Assembly (NCBI RefSeq): GCF_018977255.1
Contig: NW_024704742.1
Span: 48,238,001-48,302,000 of the forward strand
Direction of reading: 5' to 3'
Length of the DNA stretch: 64,000 nucleotides
Source of the DNA: Callorhinchus milii
Taxonomy: Eukaryota
Shown here: positions 52,533 to 64,000 of the stretch, in pieces
Layout of the letters: each line of letters begins with the position of its first letter
Position numbering within the stretch: the stretch's first letter is position 1
Made by a program: the position numbers and the translations under genes
The notes under the pieces: model-generated
What the model saw: the letters and a program-made list of their open reading frames with translations, nothing else
What the model was told of the DNA's origin: nothing
The model's database searches: none

Positions 52533-53726
52533 TGGTTCTACAGGGACGAAACTTGGCAAAAGAGAAAATGTACAACCTCTCATAGAGTGTGGTAAGTGTG
52601 GAAATTCCCACATACCTTTCCATTGATAACCTTACCAAACCGTTTTACTAGGAACTCATTATAGATTTCAAATATTACCGCAAATAAATATTCACAGCCA
52701 GTAATATTCACAGCTGTTAAATGGATATCTGTTACACTGTCACTCTTCCACTTTCCAATATGCCCTTTTCTATAAAAATATAAAAATGTAAGTGCTACAT
52801 TTAAATTGGATAAAGTACAGGATATCTCACGGTATAAAGCATAATTAAAAATACTGTTATTATAACCAAGGATATTAAGGAGTATAGAATCTGGAAATAC
52901 ATGAAACTATAATAATAAAATATTTCTATCGCTACACTTACCAAATCATTTTACTAGGAACTCAATATGATGCATAGAAGTACATGGACTGTATATCACT
53001 ATGAGGATTATTATTAATAATCCTTGAATTTTATGTTGCACTGTATCACGTGAAAACATCTCAAAGTGCTTCACAGGATATTCTGTAAGTTATTATTGTT
53101 ATATAGAGTATAACTCTTTTTGGCTAAGGATTGCACTTGTCTGTTCAATTCTAATAAAGATAAGATTTTGTTTATTATTGTTTATCTATTTTTCATGGCC
53201 CATTTAAAAATGTCTGAGCCTGAACATTGTAAAAATGTTGGGCCCACAAAAGCTGCCTGTTATAACACTTAAAAGAAAGGGATTCTGTGGAAATAAGAGC
53301 TTTAAAAAGCATTACAACTGGTCACTCATATCACGCCTGTCAAGTTTCCCACAAAAGACTCACGACTGTAGCAGTGATCACAGTAAAGCATTTTTGAGAT
53401 GTTGCAAAGTTTACCTACAAAATACACAGTCACCACACATTATAGTAAATCCTATGAAGCCATTTGAGATGACCTCTAAATGTGAAATGCTACATCAAAT
53501 ACAAGAATTATTATTACTGTATAAGTGCTATAGAAATGCACATTCATTCATTTAAAGTACCCTTACTTTGAAACTGATCCAATTAACTTGAGTGAAAAGG
53601 CAGGTGAAACTTTTATGGTGGTGTACCATGTCTTCTCAGTCCCAAACACTGACCCCCAGCTCTGCAGCTTTCTGCACTTCCATCCATTAGTTCCATAGGA
53701 ATAATCAGGGCCACCCATACACATCC

Positions 53727-55045
53727 ATAGGAACATAGGAATTAGAAGCAGGAGTAGGGCATTTGGCCCCTTGAGCCTGCCCTGTCATTCATTCCATCTG
53801 CCCACCTTATCCCCATATCCTTTAATCCCTCTATCCTTTAGAAACCTATAAATCTCAGTCTTGAATATGTTCAAGGACTGAGCATCTACAGCTTTCTTGG
53901 GTAGAGAATTCCATAAATTCACTACCCTCTGAGTGAAGAAATATTTCCTCAACTCTGTTCGAAAGGGCTGCCTCTTAATCTTAAGACTGTAACCTCTAGT
54001 TATAGATTCTCCTACCAGGGGAAACAGTCTCACACTGTCTACTTGGTCAAGCCCCATAAGAATCTTATAGGTTTCTATAAGATCTTCTATATTCAAGAGA
54101 ATATAGGCCTAGCTTACTCAACCTATTCTCATAGGTCAACTCCCTCATCCCAGGAACTAACCTTATGAATCTACACTGCACCCCCTCTAAGACGAGTATG
54201 TCCTTTCTTAAATAAGGAGACCAAAACTGGACACAATATTCTAGGTGCGGTCTCACCAAGGCCCTATACAGTTGCAGCAAGATTTCCCTACTCTTGTATT
54301 CTAACCCTTTTGCAATAAACGCCAGCATACCAGAGCTTACATCCTCAGAGCTTACTCTCCCTTCTAGCTTAGTATCATCTGCGAATTTAGATATTTTAAG
54401 TTCTATGTCCTCGTCTAGATCATTGATATAGATTATAAGTAGTTGAGACCCAAGCACTGATCCTTGTGGGACTCCACTAGTCACATCCTGCCAATCTGAG
54501 AAGGACCTGTTTATCCCTACTCTCTGTTTTCCTCCCGTTAGCCACTGTTCGATCCATGCTTATATTGCCTTTAATTCCCTAATCTTGTGTAGCGGCCTTT
54601 TATGTGGCACCTTGTTAAATGCCTTCTAAAAATCTAAATATACTACATCTACTGGTTTCCCCCTATCTAACCTGCTAGTTACATCCTCAAAAAACTCTAT
54701 AAGATTTGTTAAGCATGACTTCCCTTTTGTAAAGCCATGTTGACTCTGCCTAATCATGTTATGGTCTTCTAAGTATCCCACTACGACGTCCCTAATGAAG
54801 GATTCTAGAATTTTCCCTACCACCGATATCAGACTGACTGGTCTATAGTTTCCCATCTTCTCTCTCCCACTCTTCTTAAATAGTGGTGTTAAGTTTGCGA
54901 TCTGCCAATCAATGGGAACCGTTCCAGAATCCGGAAAATTTTCGAAGATCAAAAACAAGGCATGCACTAGCTCAGTAGCCACCTCTTTTAAAACCCTAGG
55001 ATGCAGGCCATCAGGTCCAGGGGATTTGTCATTTAATCCAATCAA
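53727..55045 (-). mobile_element. CR1 LINE RT fragment (different subfamily), internally deleted
   Basis: KSPGPDGLHPRVLKE, NYRPVSL, QHGFTKGKSCLTNL, SGVPQGSVLG, KFADDTKL, RPHLEYCVQFWSP. Confidence 0.96.
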
Positions 55046-56147
55046 ATCAGTTTGAGTGAATAAATTCAATCCATAGATTTTTTTCCCTTTATGAAGAAAC
55101 TTGTGGGACACAAACAGAGCATTACCTGCTCACTGTTACAAATATGTGAGCGCTTTCCCAATGAATCAGTGAGTGAACACTACTTAGTAATGTACTGAGC
55201 TGTACAGTTCACAAAGGTCCCAAGTTGAATTGCTGATAAGTGACTTGATCTCAATAATTGGGTATTAAAATTAGCTTGGGGATCCTCAGGCAAAGGAGGC
55301 AGAAAATACAGCAATGCACTCCTCATTCAGATCGCTATGTAGTGGCTCTTGCTGGGAATTCTATGTTGGGTATATGAGTATGTGTATGTGAGACCAGGAG
55401 CTAGGCTAATAAAGCCCCTGCATGAACAGCCTGCCAATACTTGATGGCTGGACCCATAGATAGGAATAGTCCCTTTGGGTAAAGTGCTGGGGGTTTGCTG
55501 TTGATCTTAGAATCACACCCCAGCAGGAGTCAGAAGGAGAGCAACAAATTGCGACAACAATTGCAACAAATGGAGAGAGGACCTGACTGGGAGCAATGGG
55601 TCAGAATCCTCTCCATTTATTTCAGGAGAGTTAGGTGCAGGTCAAGGCTGGATTGATAGGAGAACAATAAACAAATGAGTCTTAACAGAATCAGACTTAA
55701 GGACAATGACCCTGCATCATAAAACTATCCAATCTTTGGTACAAAGGCGAATAGTCATTCAAAGAAAATGACTGGGTTGGAAATTTACACACTGGTGCAA
55801 AATGGATGATCTTCTGAGGATGAATTTAGGTGGAATGTTGGAACAAAACAGAATTTACCATGTGTGCTCTGAATACTTGTTGCTGATGTTTGCCTCAATC
55901 CCTCTGCCCTGCCTTATCCTTCTCCTTCTTCAGATCACACCTAATTTATGGTCACCTTTTCTCTCCCCAGCTCAGCATCAACCTCCACCATTGTTCATGA
56001 TCTGAGGTGCTATTGCACATGGAGCATGCTGTATAAATTCAAGTTGCTGTTGTTGATTTTTGTTGATAATTTATATCTTTATTTTGAAATGAAACTTTTA
56101 CAACTCTGGACAGAAAAACGACATTGATCTGGAAACATAACTCAAGA

Positions 56148-56335
56148 TGGGAAAAGTACCTCGGGCTGAAAGAAGTACCTCCAGTCGGGAATAGGATTTC
56201 TCACTGGGATAAATATCTGGGGCCAGAAATGATACCTCAGGCATGAAAAAATCTCAAGCCAGAAAAGGCTGGGCTGGGAAAAGCAAGTTGGACTGGGAAA
56301 AGTACTTTGGATCAGGAAAAGTACCCCAAGTGTAA
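56148..56335. repeat. Degenerate minisatellite, unit about 19 bp (CTGGGAAAAGTACCTCGGG-like)
   Basis: Recurrent gggaaaagtacc / gaagtacc / gggaaaagtact / ggaaaagtaccc. Confidence 0.6.
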
Positions 56336-56375
56336 AGTGCATCTCTTGCCGGGGATCCATGTATGTCTCACTAAC

Positions 56376-56448
56376 CTAGGAAACCTTGGCTCTGACCCAA
56401 GATCTTGTCAGAACTGAGTTCTTGTGCATGAGTTGACAGAATAGCCAT
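56376..56448 (-). CDS. Candidate coding exon end (MAILSTHAQELSSDKILGQSQGFL, phase 1; frame open upstream to about 56553)
   Basis: Donor TAG|gttagt; open frame; out-of-frame upstream ATGs are present. Confidence 0.25.
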
Positions 56449-58729
56449 GGGGTTCTCTGAATGAGATACTTCATGTCCTGCGGCATTTTTTCCAGGGTCG
56501 AGTATTGTGTATGCTGATATTTTCCCAATGTCATTTTCTGAACTCCGACACAAGGTTAAATCAAACAGCTTTTAGATGAGCTTGTTAACTTCAACCAAGT
56601 TCTGGCCACCACCAAACCAAGGCTATAGTTTAACTCAACTCAACTCAACTAAAGCATCTTTAGTCTTCACCTCCACACATACATTTCCCCTTGACTTTCT
56701 CTGCAAAGTTTCCGTCCCTTATGAACCCAAGGCACATTCTCTCTGCAAAACTAATCACCTAAAGCAGTGAGGTCATCAAGAGGAAAACAAAGAGTTCAAT
56801 AATGTTTTCCAGATAAAATTTAAAAGGTTTAGGCTGTAGCATTAGCAGCTATTAAGAAATTGTGTACCAGCGAGTTCCTTGTGTTACTTTTGTCTCTCAG
56901 ACTTACAAAGGACACATTGTATTGAAAGTCCAGAAAGATGTGACTGATCTTGGCAGGGTCTGGGTGTCCCCACAATTGTTTTTATGAAAAAAGAAAAAGA
57001 AATTACATTTTTACAGAAAAATCAGATTGCAGTGTTACTGCATCTCTTCCTTCTTAACCCTTCTCCTATCCTAACTCACGTTTCCAATGAAATCAAATGC
57101 AAACGCTAGCATTTCAGAGAGAGCACAGTTTAACGTAGTCATAAGAGCTCCATTTATGAGTGTTGTGTTTGCTGAGTTAGTTGATTTTAGCCACAGCAGC
57201 ACAACTGAAATTGTGAAATTGTTCATGGTCTTAACCTTAAGACCATCGTCTAAAAATGTAAGATTGTGCTGACATTTAGAAAAAAAACTTAACTCTGCTG
57301 TAATTTGGAAGTCGACTTTCCACAGTTCTTTAATAATTATAGCAAAAATCCCTGCTGGATGGTACATACTTGCGGACATCAGGTGAGATCACGATCGAGC
57401 CTGGGGCCCCTACAATTAAATGGTCTGCTAACAGTAGTCATTTGGGGAGAGGTACCAGAGGTCAACTGGCACCCGTGGAATTGTATTCTATGTCAAAAAA
57501 CTCATCATGCAAGTCCTGGCTAGGATCAACTAACTCAGCGCAGACCAGGATTTCAACATGCATAATCATCATCATCCTTGCATTTGATACAGTGCTTTGT
57601 TATCACATTGTTGAGACTTATCAAAGCAATTCACAGGATATACTGTAAAGTGGAGTGACTGTGTGTTTTCTAGGCGAAATGCGGCAGCCAATTGCTATGG
57701 AGTTTAAAAGTGGAGCTCATGGCCACATTAATCTGTTCTTCCTCAGAAATGCCAGAATTTTCATTTTAATTAATGGGAAATGGGAATCAGGAGAGGGGAA
57801 GGGAGAGAAATGTAATATATAACTAATGGAAAGAGGAAGATGTGTATATCATTATTGCTTCAATAAAGAGACCCATCTTCAAAAATGTTGGTCCAACCCT
57901 TCTTCCCTGACTTTTCAGCTTTAACAAGATAAATCTGAGTGGATAGAAAGAGATATATAGGATGCTAAATGGGATAGAGATATTAAACCAAAAACAAATA
58001 TTTTCAGTTATGCCAAGACTGGCTATAATCAGAGGCTGTGTCTGTCTAAGAAACAGCTTGGTGCCCTAATGTGCTCTACTTCCAACAATAAAGTGCTCAT
58101 AGGTTTGGTGGTAACGTTGATATTTATTCCACACAACTAACTTACACGTGTCTTGCTCATAAATTGTTCAGTCTCTATCGTATAGGACAAATTCCATATT
58201 CAATATCCATTTGGTGAGTGTCTGCTACGAAAAGAATATGGGGGAAAGCAACAGAATTTTACAGTACTCTTAAATGTCCACTGTCATCCCTCAAATTGAT
58301 ACAGTTGTCACAAAACAAACGTTTAAAATGAGGAAGTTTGGAGGGTGTTGTGGGGGAGGAGTTAAAGTAGAGACATCAGCAGAATTTTTTACCTACCATG
58401 TAACGGACATGGGCTGAGCGGATATATGCTGAGGATGGAGCTCACCACTGATTACTCCTCCCTTTTAAGTACCCTATGTCATATTTCACTAATCTGTGTG
58501 GTCTTGGTGTGTGCATCTGAGCCTGAAATTCCACGAGTCCTAGACTATAAGGCCATTTGTCATAAATTTAAGATTGAATAGTGGAAAATGTTTAAATTTA
58601 ATATTAATTTGGAAGCTAGTTTTCTGCAATTCTTAAAAAGAACCGGCGGCCACATTTAAACTGAATTTAAGAATGCTCCACAATATATTTTAAGAAATAT
58701 TACATTTTGCAACACAATGGTCTCATAGG

Positions 58730-59017
58730 CTCTTGTGATGGTCTTATACCCCACTCATCCACCCACTCCCTTCGGTCAGCGAACACAGTCCTGCTGCACA
58801 TCTCTATTACCTTTAGCCACTGTGCCCCTAACCTCTGGAATTCCCACCACCCAGCCCCTCTTTATCTCTCTCTCTCTCTCTCTCTCTGTCTGTCTGTCTA
58901 TAAATCCCACTTCAAGATACCTCTCGACTCTGCCTACACTAACCTTCCCCACCCCTCTGGTCGGCATTCAACCCTATCACTGTACAGCTCTCCGAGTGAC
59001 TGCAACATGTTGTTGTT
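58730..59017 (+). mobile_element. Old L2 3' end with an embedded (CT)n microsatellite
   Basis: HSLRS...FSHCAPNLWNS; tgttgttgttg tail. Confidence 0.7.
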
Positions 59018-59797
59018 GAGGCTAAAGCTAAGTGGAATTACAGTCCTCAGTTCAGAGGACTAAGTGGAAGTCCTCTAAACTGTGTGAATTGACTGATTTC
59101 AGACAGGAGAGCAGTTCAGAAGCTACAATTGGCATCAGTACCCAGGGTTATGAAGGGAAAAGTCAGCCAGGGGTCTTCATTCTAGTTACTATTTTGCCTC
59201 TACTCCCCTCTCCCCCATGGTTGAAATAGTCGCCAAACAATCACACATGAATAGCAACCCATGGAACAGTAACCCAGGAGAAAGAAAAATAAGTCAAACA
59301 CTTTCATGAGGGGTAAATTTGGCAGGAATTGTTTTTAAAACATCTATGCAAAGACCTTAATTAAAGTCACCAGGAATCTTCATAGTGTAACCCCCAGCAG
59401 AGAAGCCAGACATTTAAGTCACATCTGGCTTTGTATTTAATTTCACATATCAATGAATCCGATTCTCCTATCTGCCTGATGATTTTTTAAAAAAACTCCT
59501 TTGTCAATTTTCTTCCTGGAATTTCTCCTTTTCCCTCAGTACCTGAACTGTTTGACTCTTTCTTTCAACAGTACGAGCGTGAGAAGGGTATGCAGTTGAG
59601 GTGGGTCAGGGAGGGGTGTGTTTCACAATCTCATCCTCATTAGAAACATGCCTACTCCTCTGGCTGGAGGGGGTTGTGGGGTGTGGGGGAGAAGGAGATA
59701 TCAGGAAATGGATTTCCTTTTTCAGTTTTCATTCAGGTGCCGGTGTGGGAAAGAGTGATTGAAATTCAAATGCTTCCCAAACCTTGAGTGTGTGTAT

Positions 59798-60125
59798 TAA
59801 TAATCCTTGTGTTGGATATAATAATAATCCATGCATTTGATATAATAATAATCCATGCATTTGATATGGCCGTGCCTTCAGCTCCCCTCTCGACTCCCTT
59901 CCCCCTCCTCGCTCCCTCCCTTCCCTCCCCTCACCCTGACCATTTCCCCCCTGCTCGAATAATAATCCATGCATTTGATATAATAATAATCCATGCATTT
60001 GATATAATAATCCATTAATTTGATAATAATAATCCTTGCATTTGATACAGCGCCTTTTCACACTGAAACATCTCAAAGCACTTCACAGTTTTCTGTGAAG
60101 TGCAGTGACTGTGTATTTGTGCTCC
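59798..60125 (-). repeat. SINE 3' fragment with a tandemly reiterated ~24-bp tail unit
   Basis: Repeated ataataatccatgcatttgat units. Confidence 0.8.
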
Positions 60126-60841
60126 CATCGTCATATAGGAAAACACCAATATGTCGTCTCCTGCTATCTTGTTCGCATGGAAACAACAAACAAAGTGGGG
60201 GAAGGGAGAAGACAGCCAGAAGATAGTTATAAACTGCAAACAGCTTAATTTGCATTGTCTGGTTTACAAAATAAAAAAAAGTAGGGGCTGAGGAGAGGGA
60301 GAAATTCATTATTTTTCTCTTAAAACCATCAAATGTGTCTTTGAGATGAATTAGCTGATACAGTAGGATTGAAAACAATACTTTCAAATCCAGCACTTCT
60401 TATACTTAATTGACCTAAACTCTTCTAAAATACCTTTTACCATTTTATTACAGAATCACACATAGTCGACAGTATTTATTTGGTCTTTCACTCGTGGTTG
60501 TTTCAGGACTTTCATATAAAGTAGGCTGAGATTCTCAAGGGGCTTAACACTAACAAATCCCCTGGGACCAATGAACTGTACCAAGAGTACTTAGGGAAAC
60601 AAGGCTGGAGATAATAATAATCATAATAATCTCTGCATTTGATATAGCACTTTATCACATCTTTGAGACTTCTCAAACTCTTCACAGAGATTTGTGCAGC
60701 ACTGACAGACATCATGTAGGAGTCAGCTCTGGACTCCAGCTCGCAACTTGTAGCAAACCCTGGACTGTCCTGTGCCTTGGGACATCCTCCTGATGTGAAA
60801 GGCGCTATATAAATGCAATTTGTTGTTGCTGCTGTTGTTGT

Positions 60842-61510
60842 ATGAACAGGATTGAATTTGCTAAGGGGGAAGCTGAAAGAAATCTAGGGGTGTTAATTGA
60901 CTCGTTGCTCACTTGTGAGGCAGCAATAAACAAGGCAAACAAGATGCTGGGTTGTGTTCCTAAACCAGTTGAGTTTAGATCTCCGGACGTTATTCTCAAT
61001 CTGTACAGTGCTCTGGTTGGACTACGCTTTGAATACTGAATACAGTATAAGCTGGTGAAATTTACAACAGTCCTGATCACTGTGACTTAAGGGGGCTGTC
61101 GAGATGCTAAAGGAGATGCAGAGGAGAGCAATGGGCATGACCTCCAGGGTTAGCGGATTGAGCTATGAACAACCATTAGCCAAGTTAGGGCTCTTAAATC
61201 TTGAGAAAAAACAACTCGGAAAATTTTTAAATGGGATTGAAAAAGTAAATCCAGATTAATCCTTTAGGATGTATCGTGACAATAGAACAAGAATACATCG
61301 TTTTAGAATTGTAAAGGGCAATTTGAGGTCAGACACTAGGAATTTTTTCTTTTCACAGAGGGTTTACAGGTTGCCAGGGAAAGTGGAGGAGCCAGTACGC
61401 TGGTTTCATTTAAAAAGCAGCTTGATGCACTGATGGAGGGGGGGTGTTCTGAACAGATGAGATGGGATGGGCCAAAGGGCTTTCTTCATCCAGACCAATC
61501 CTATGAACCT
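60842..61510 (+). mobile_element. Old CR1 LINE 3' fragment
   Basis: ERNLGVLID...KANKMLG...LYSALV; 3' UTR aagcagcttgatgc...ttcttcatcc (tail fragments also near 14650, 16850, 32090, 42300). Confidence 0.85.
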
Positions 61511-62381
61511 GTTTGCAGGACCTTGCTGGCTCAAATGATTACTGTGTTTTGCCTACAGGAAAAGTCACTATGCTTGACAGTAATTGTTTCAGCGATTTTT
61601 CAGCATGATGAGGTGCTATAAAATGCAAGTTCTGTCTTCTATATTTTGCCGTGTTTTCTTTCGACTAATCTTGCTCATTTGTTTTCTAATAAATATTATC
61701 TTCTGGCTGCTTGTGGAACATGGCTGTGTGCAAACTGACTGCCACGTTCACCTCCAAATACTGTGAAACATTTTGAGACATTTTGCCGGTATAGATACTA
61801 TATGAAATGTAAATATTATTATTTTCTTACTATTAGTTGAAACCTTTTACTATGGGAATGTTAGTACCTGTATTATTCAGCTTCTCACTGTTGTTCGACA
61901 AGCAAAGAATCATGATTACTAACTAAAAGCCTTATGATTCTCAACTATATAGGCTGATTTTTACTCTTATTTCCAATCCAGTCTCTGCTTGACACACTTT
62001 CTAACCTTTCACCTGCTTCAATCGGCACCTGTAGTACTCAAAGTGCTTCCATCTAACAGACCGAATATATGCCCATTCAGTAACACACATAGCTGTAGAT
62101 ATGAAACACAGCAGCAGCCACTTTTTTTTATAAAAAGTCCTTACACTGTGAACATAAGTAGCGAGAAATTAAAATAATTTTTCAAACCGTAGTTACCTTT
62201 TGCAAAGAATGACTGATTTACATGGCTTCCCATGCAGAATCTTGAACTTACAAGAAGCTAACTTCTCAGCAGGCTGAGTTATAGAATGAGCTACCTTTCA
62301 GAACCTATTAGCATTACCCAGTTCTAGGTCACAAAAGAAAAATAAAGGAGGGTATTCTTTAAAACACAAATCGTAACCTAC

Positions 62382-62437
62382 CTCTCGAAGACTTCAGACA
62401 TTAGATACCGGTGATCCTTCTCTTCATCAGCACTTTC
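62382..62437 (-). CDS. Candidate 56-nt exon (ESADEEKDHRYLMSEVFE, phase 0-2; may be partly 5' UTR)
   Basis: ttttcgtgtcttag|GAA...GAG|gtaggt; only one frame is open. Confidence 0.45.
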
Positions 62438-64000
62438 CTAAGACACGAAAATGTTTTGGCAGCACACAACCCACATCTTCTTTTATGATCAAGGTTAATA
62501 CAGTAAGGAGTGCCCAGAAACTCCCTCCAATGCTATTTACTGCAGCAAAACTTCTGTGGCTTCACTTGACCGTGAGTTGTTTTCTCTCTGCCCCAACACT
62601 TTCAGCCCTTGGAAAGTGTAATGAAGTTTGGGAGTCTTACAATTAGACCTTGTTAATCTAAAATACCTGACTCTTACTGACCTAAGCTGCACATTCCATA
62701 GGGCTAAATAACAGCTCAAAAGCTATACTGCGAGAACAAATTCCTAGCAGGTCTTAAGAAGTGTGAGGCATTATTCTCTCCGAGCTGGTTTGCAGACCAC
62801 TTGTGGCTGTTCAGCACAAGCTGCCAGCTTATTGTAGCCCAAACTAAGATTGTGACTTTCAACTCGCAACTTGTTTTGTCTCCTTCTTCCTCCTGGTCTC
62901 TTTTCTCCTCACACAAGCAAGTGCTTGACTGAAGTCAGTGCCCTGCCCCAAAAGCCACCAAACCTGAATTTTACTGCAACTTCCCGTAAATCTAAATTGT
63001 AATTTTATCCTGTTCGCTGAGCCCTCTCTGGCGTCAGGCCAGCCTGGAGTTCCTGTTGAGGTAGGAGCATAGATACCTACCTTTTCTGTAGTGCACAATA
63101 GCGTTTAAAAAAAAAAGGGTGGATAGAAGGCAGAGACTGCGTGCTTCCAAAAAAAAAGGTTTGTTTGTTAATCAGGGTGACCTAGAATGGCGAACACAAC
63201 CTGTCGTCATGACAGAAGCAGAGAGTTACAATGTTTTGTGGGGGAGAATCCAGAGGCAAGCCAAAGGAGAAAGGCTGCTTTAGAGAATGCACCTGCTGTT
63301 GTTTCCTCACTGAGAATTCCTGAAGAAACCTGCGCCGGAGTTTCACCTGAGGAGCCCAGCAGTTCTGTATCCTCCCCAAATCCTTTTAAACCAAAACACA
63401 CCTTACCTTGAAAACTTTCAGGACTTGCTTTCAGCTGATTTTCGTTTGAAAAAGAACACTAAAACTATAGGCTGACGTGTTACCCAACCTGACAGACATC
63501 AGAATATTTAAAAGAGAGAAGCTGAACTCACTTACCTGGGGCTAAACATGGCTTGGATTTAAAGTGGCAAGCAAGGTATGTCTCTTAACAGAAACTCATG
63601 ACCTTTCAGGTGTTTTCATAGCATCACACTACTTGTGACTCACCCAGAAACAGGTAGGTCAAACATTCACCCACCTGCCCTCTTCCCACCCTCCCCTTTT
63701 GTGGAGGGACTAGGAATCACTGGAGAGAAACAAATGAAGAACTAGTAAGACAGCAAATGAAGCCACAACATTAACTGTTCTTAGAACTGTCCCTGTGTGA
63801 CCTTCACCCACACAAACACAGCCATTCAAGCCACACAAACAGATAATCTATCTACCTCCCTTCCCTCTACAATCTCAAAGGGGTAAGCTCTGTGACAAAT
63901 TGAATTAAAGTTTATAGTAAACTTACATCAGCCAACAGGAATCAAGTGCATTGTTTGTGTTAAAATATCTTGCAATAGGAATTTGATGCTAACGGAAAAA

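Noticed and set aside
56148..60050. Short periodic repeats superficially like CRISPR arrays
   Set aside because: No repeat-spacer structure and a vertebrate context; one is a minisatellite, the other a SINE-tail reiteration.
63187..63411. 74-aa plus-strand ORF
   Set aside because: No recognisable domain, and nearby splice signals point to the minus strand.

Overview
Repeat-rich vertebrate intronic/intergenic DNA. The repeat content (CR1 and L2 LINE fragments, tRNA-Ala-headed and Deu-domain SINEs, a Penelope-type short element) suggests a cartilaginous fish, possibly a holocephalan; this is inference. There is no intact long CDS, and most ORF-track entries are LINE remnants or noise. Short minus-strand segments with plausible splice signals (about 6.6, 21.6, 22.2, 40.4, 47.4, 56.4 and 62.4 kb) suggest the 5' part of a large unidentified gene with alternative first exons. 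Main findings: (1) a minimal type-I hammerhead-ribozyme motif in a 132-bp, TSD-flanked Penelope-like element (5657-5788), plus a second inverted-repeat copy with a mutated core (41842-42262); (2) an unrecognised old repeat in three copies, two keeping a homologous open frame; (3) a 20-bp hairpin inserted in a CR1 3' UTR; (4) several nested or aberrant retrotransposition structures. Repeat family names come from motif recognition, not database searches, and repeat boundaries are approximate.
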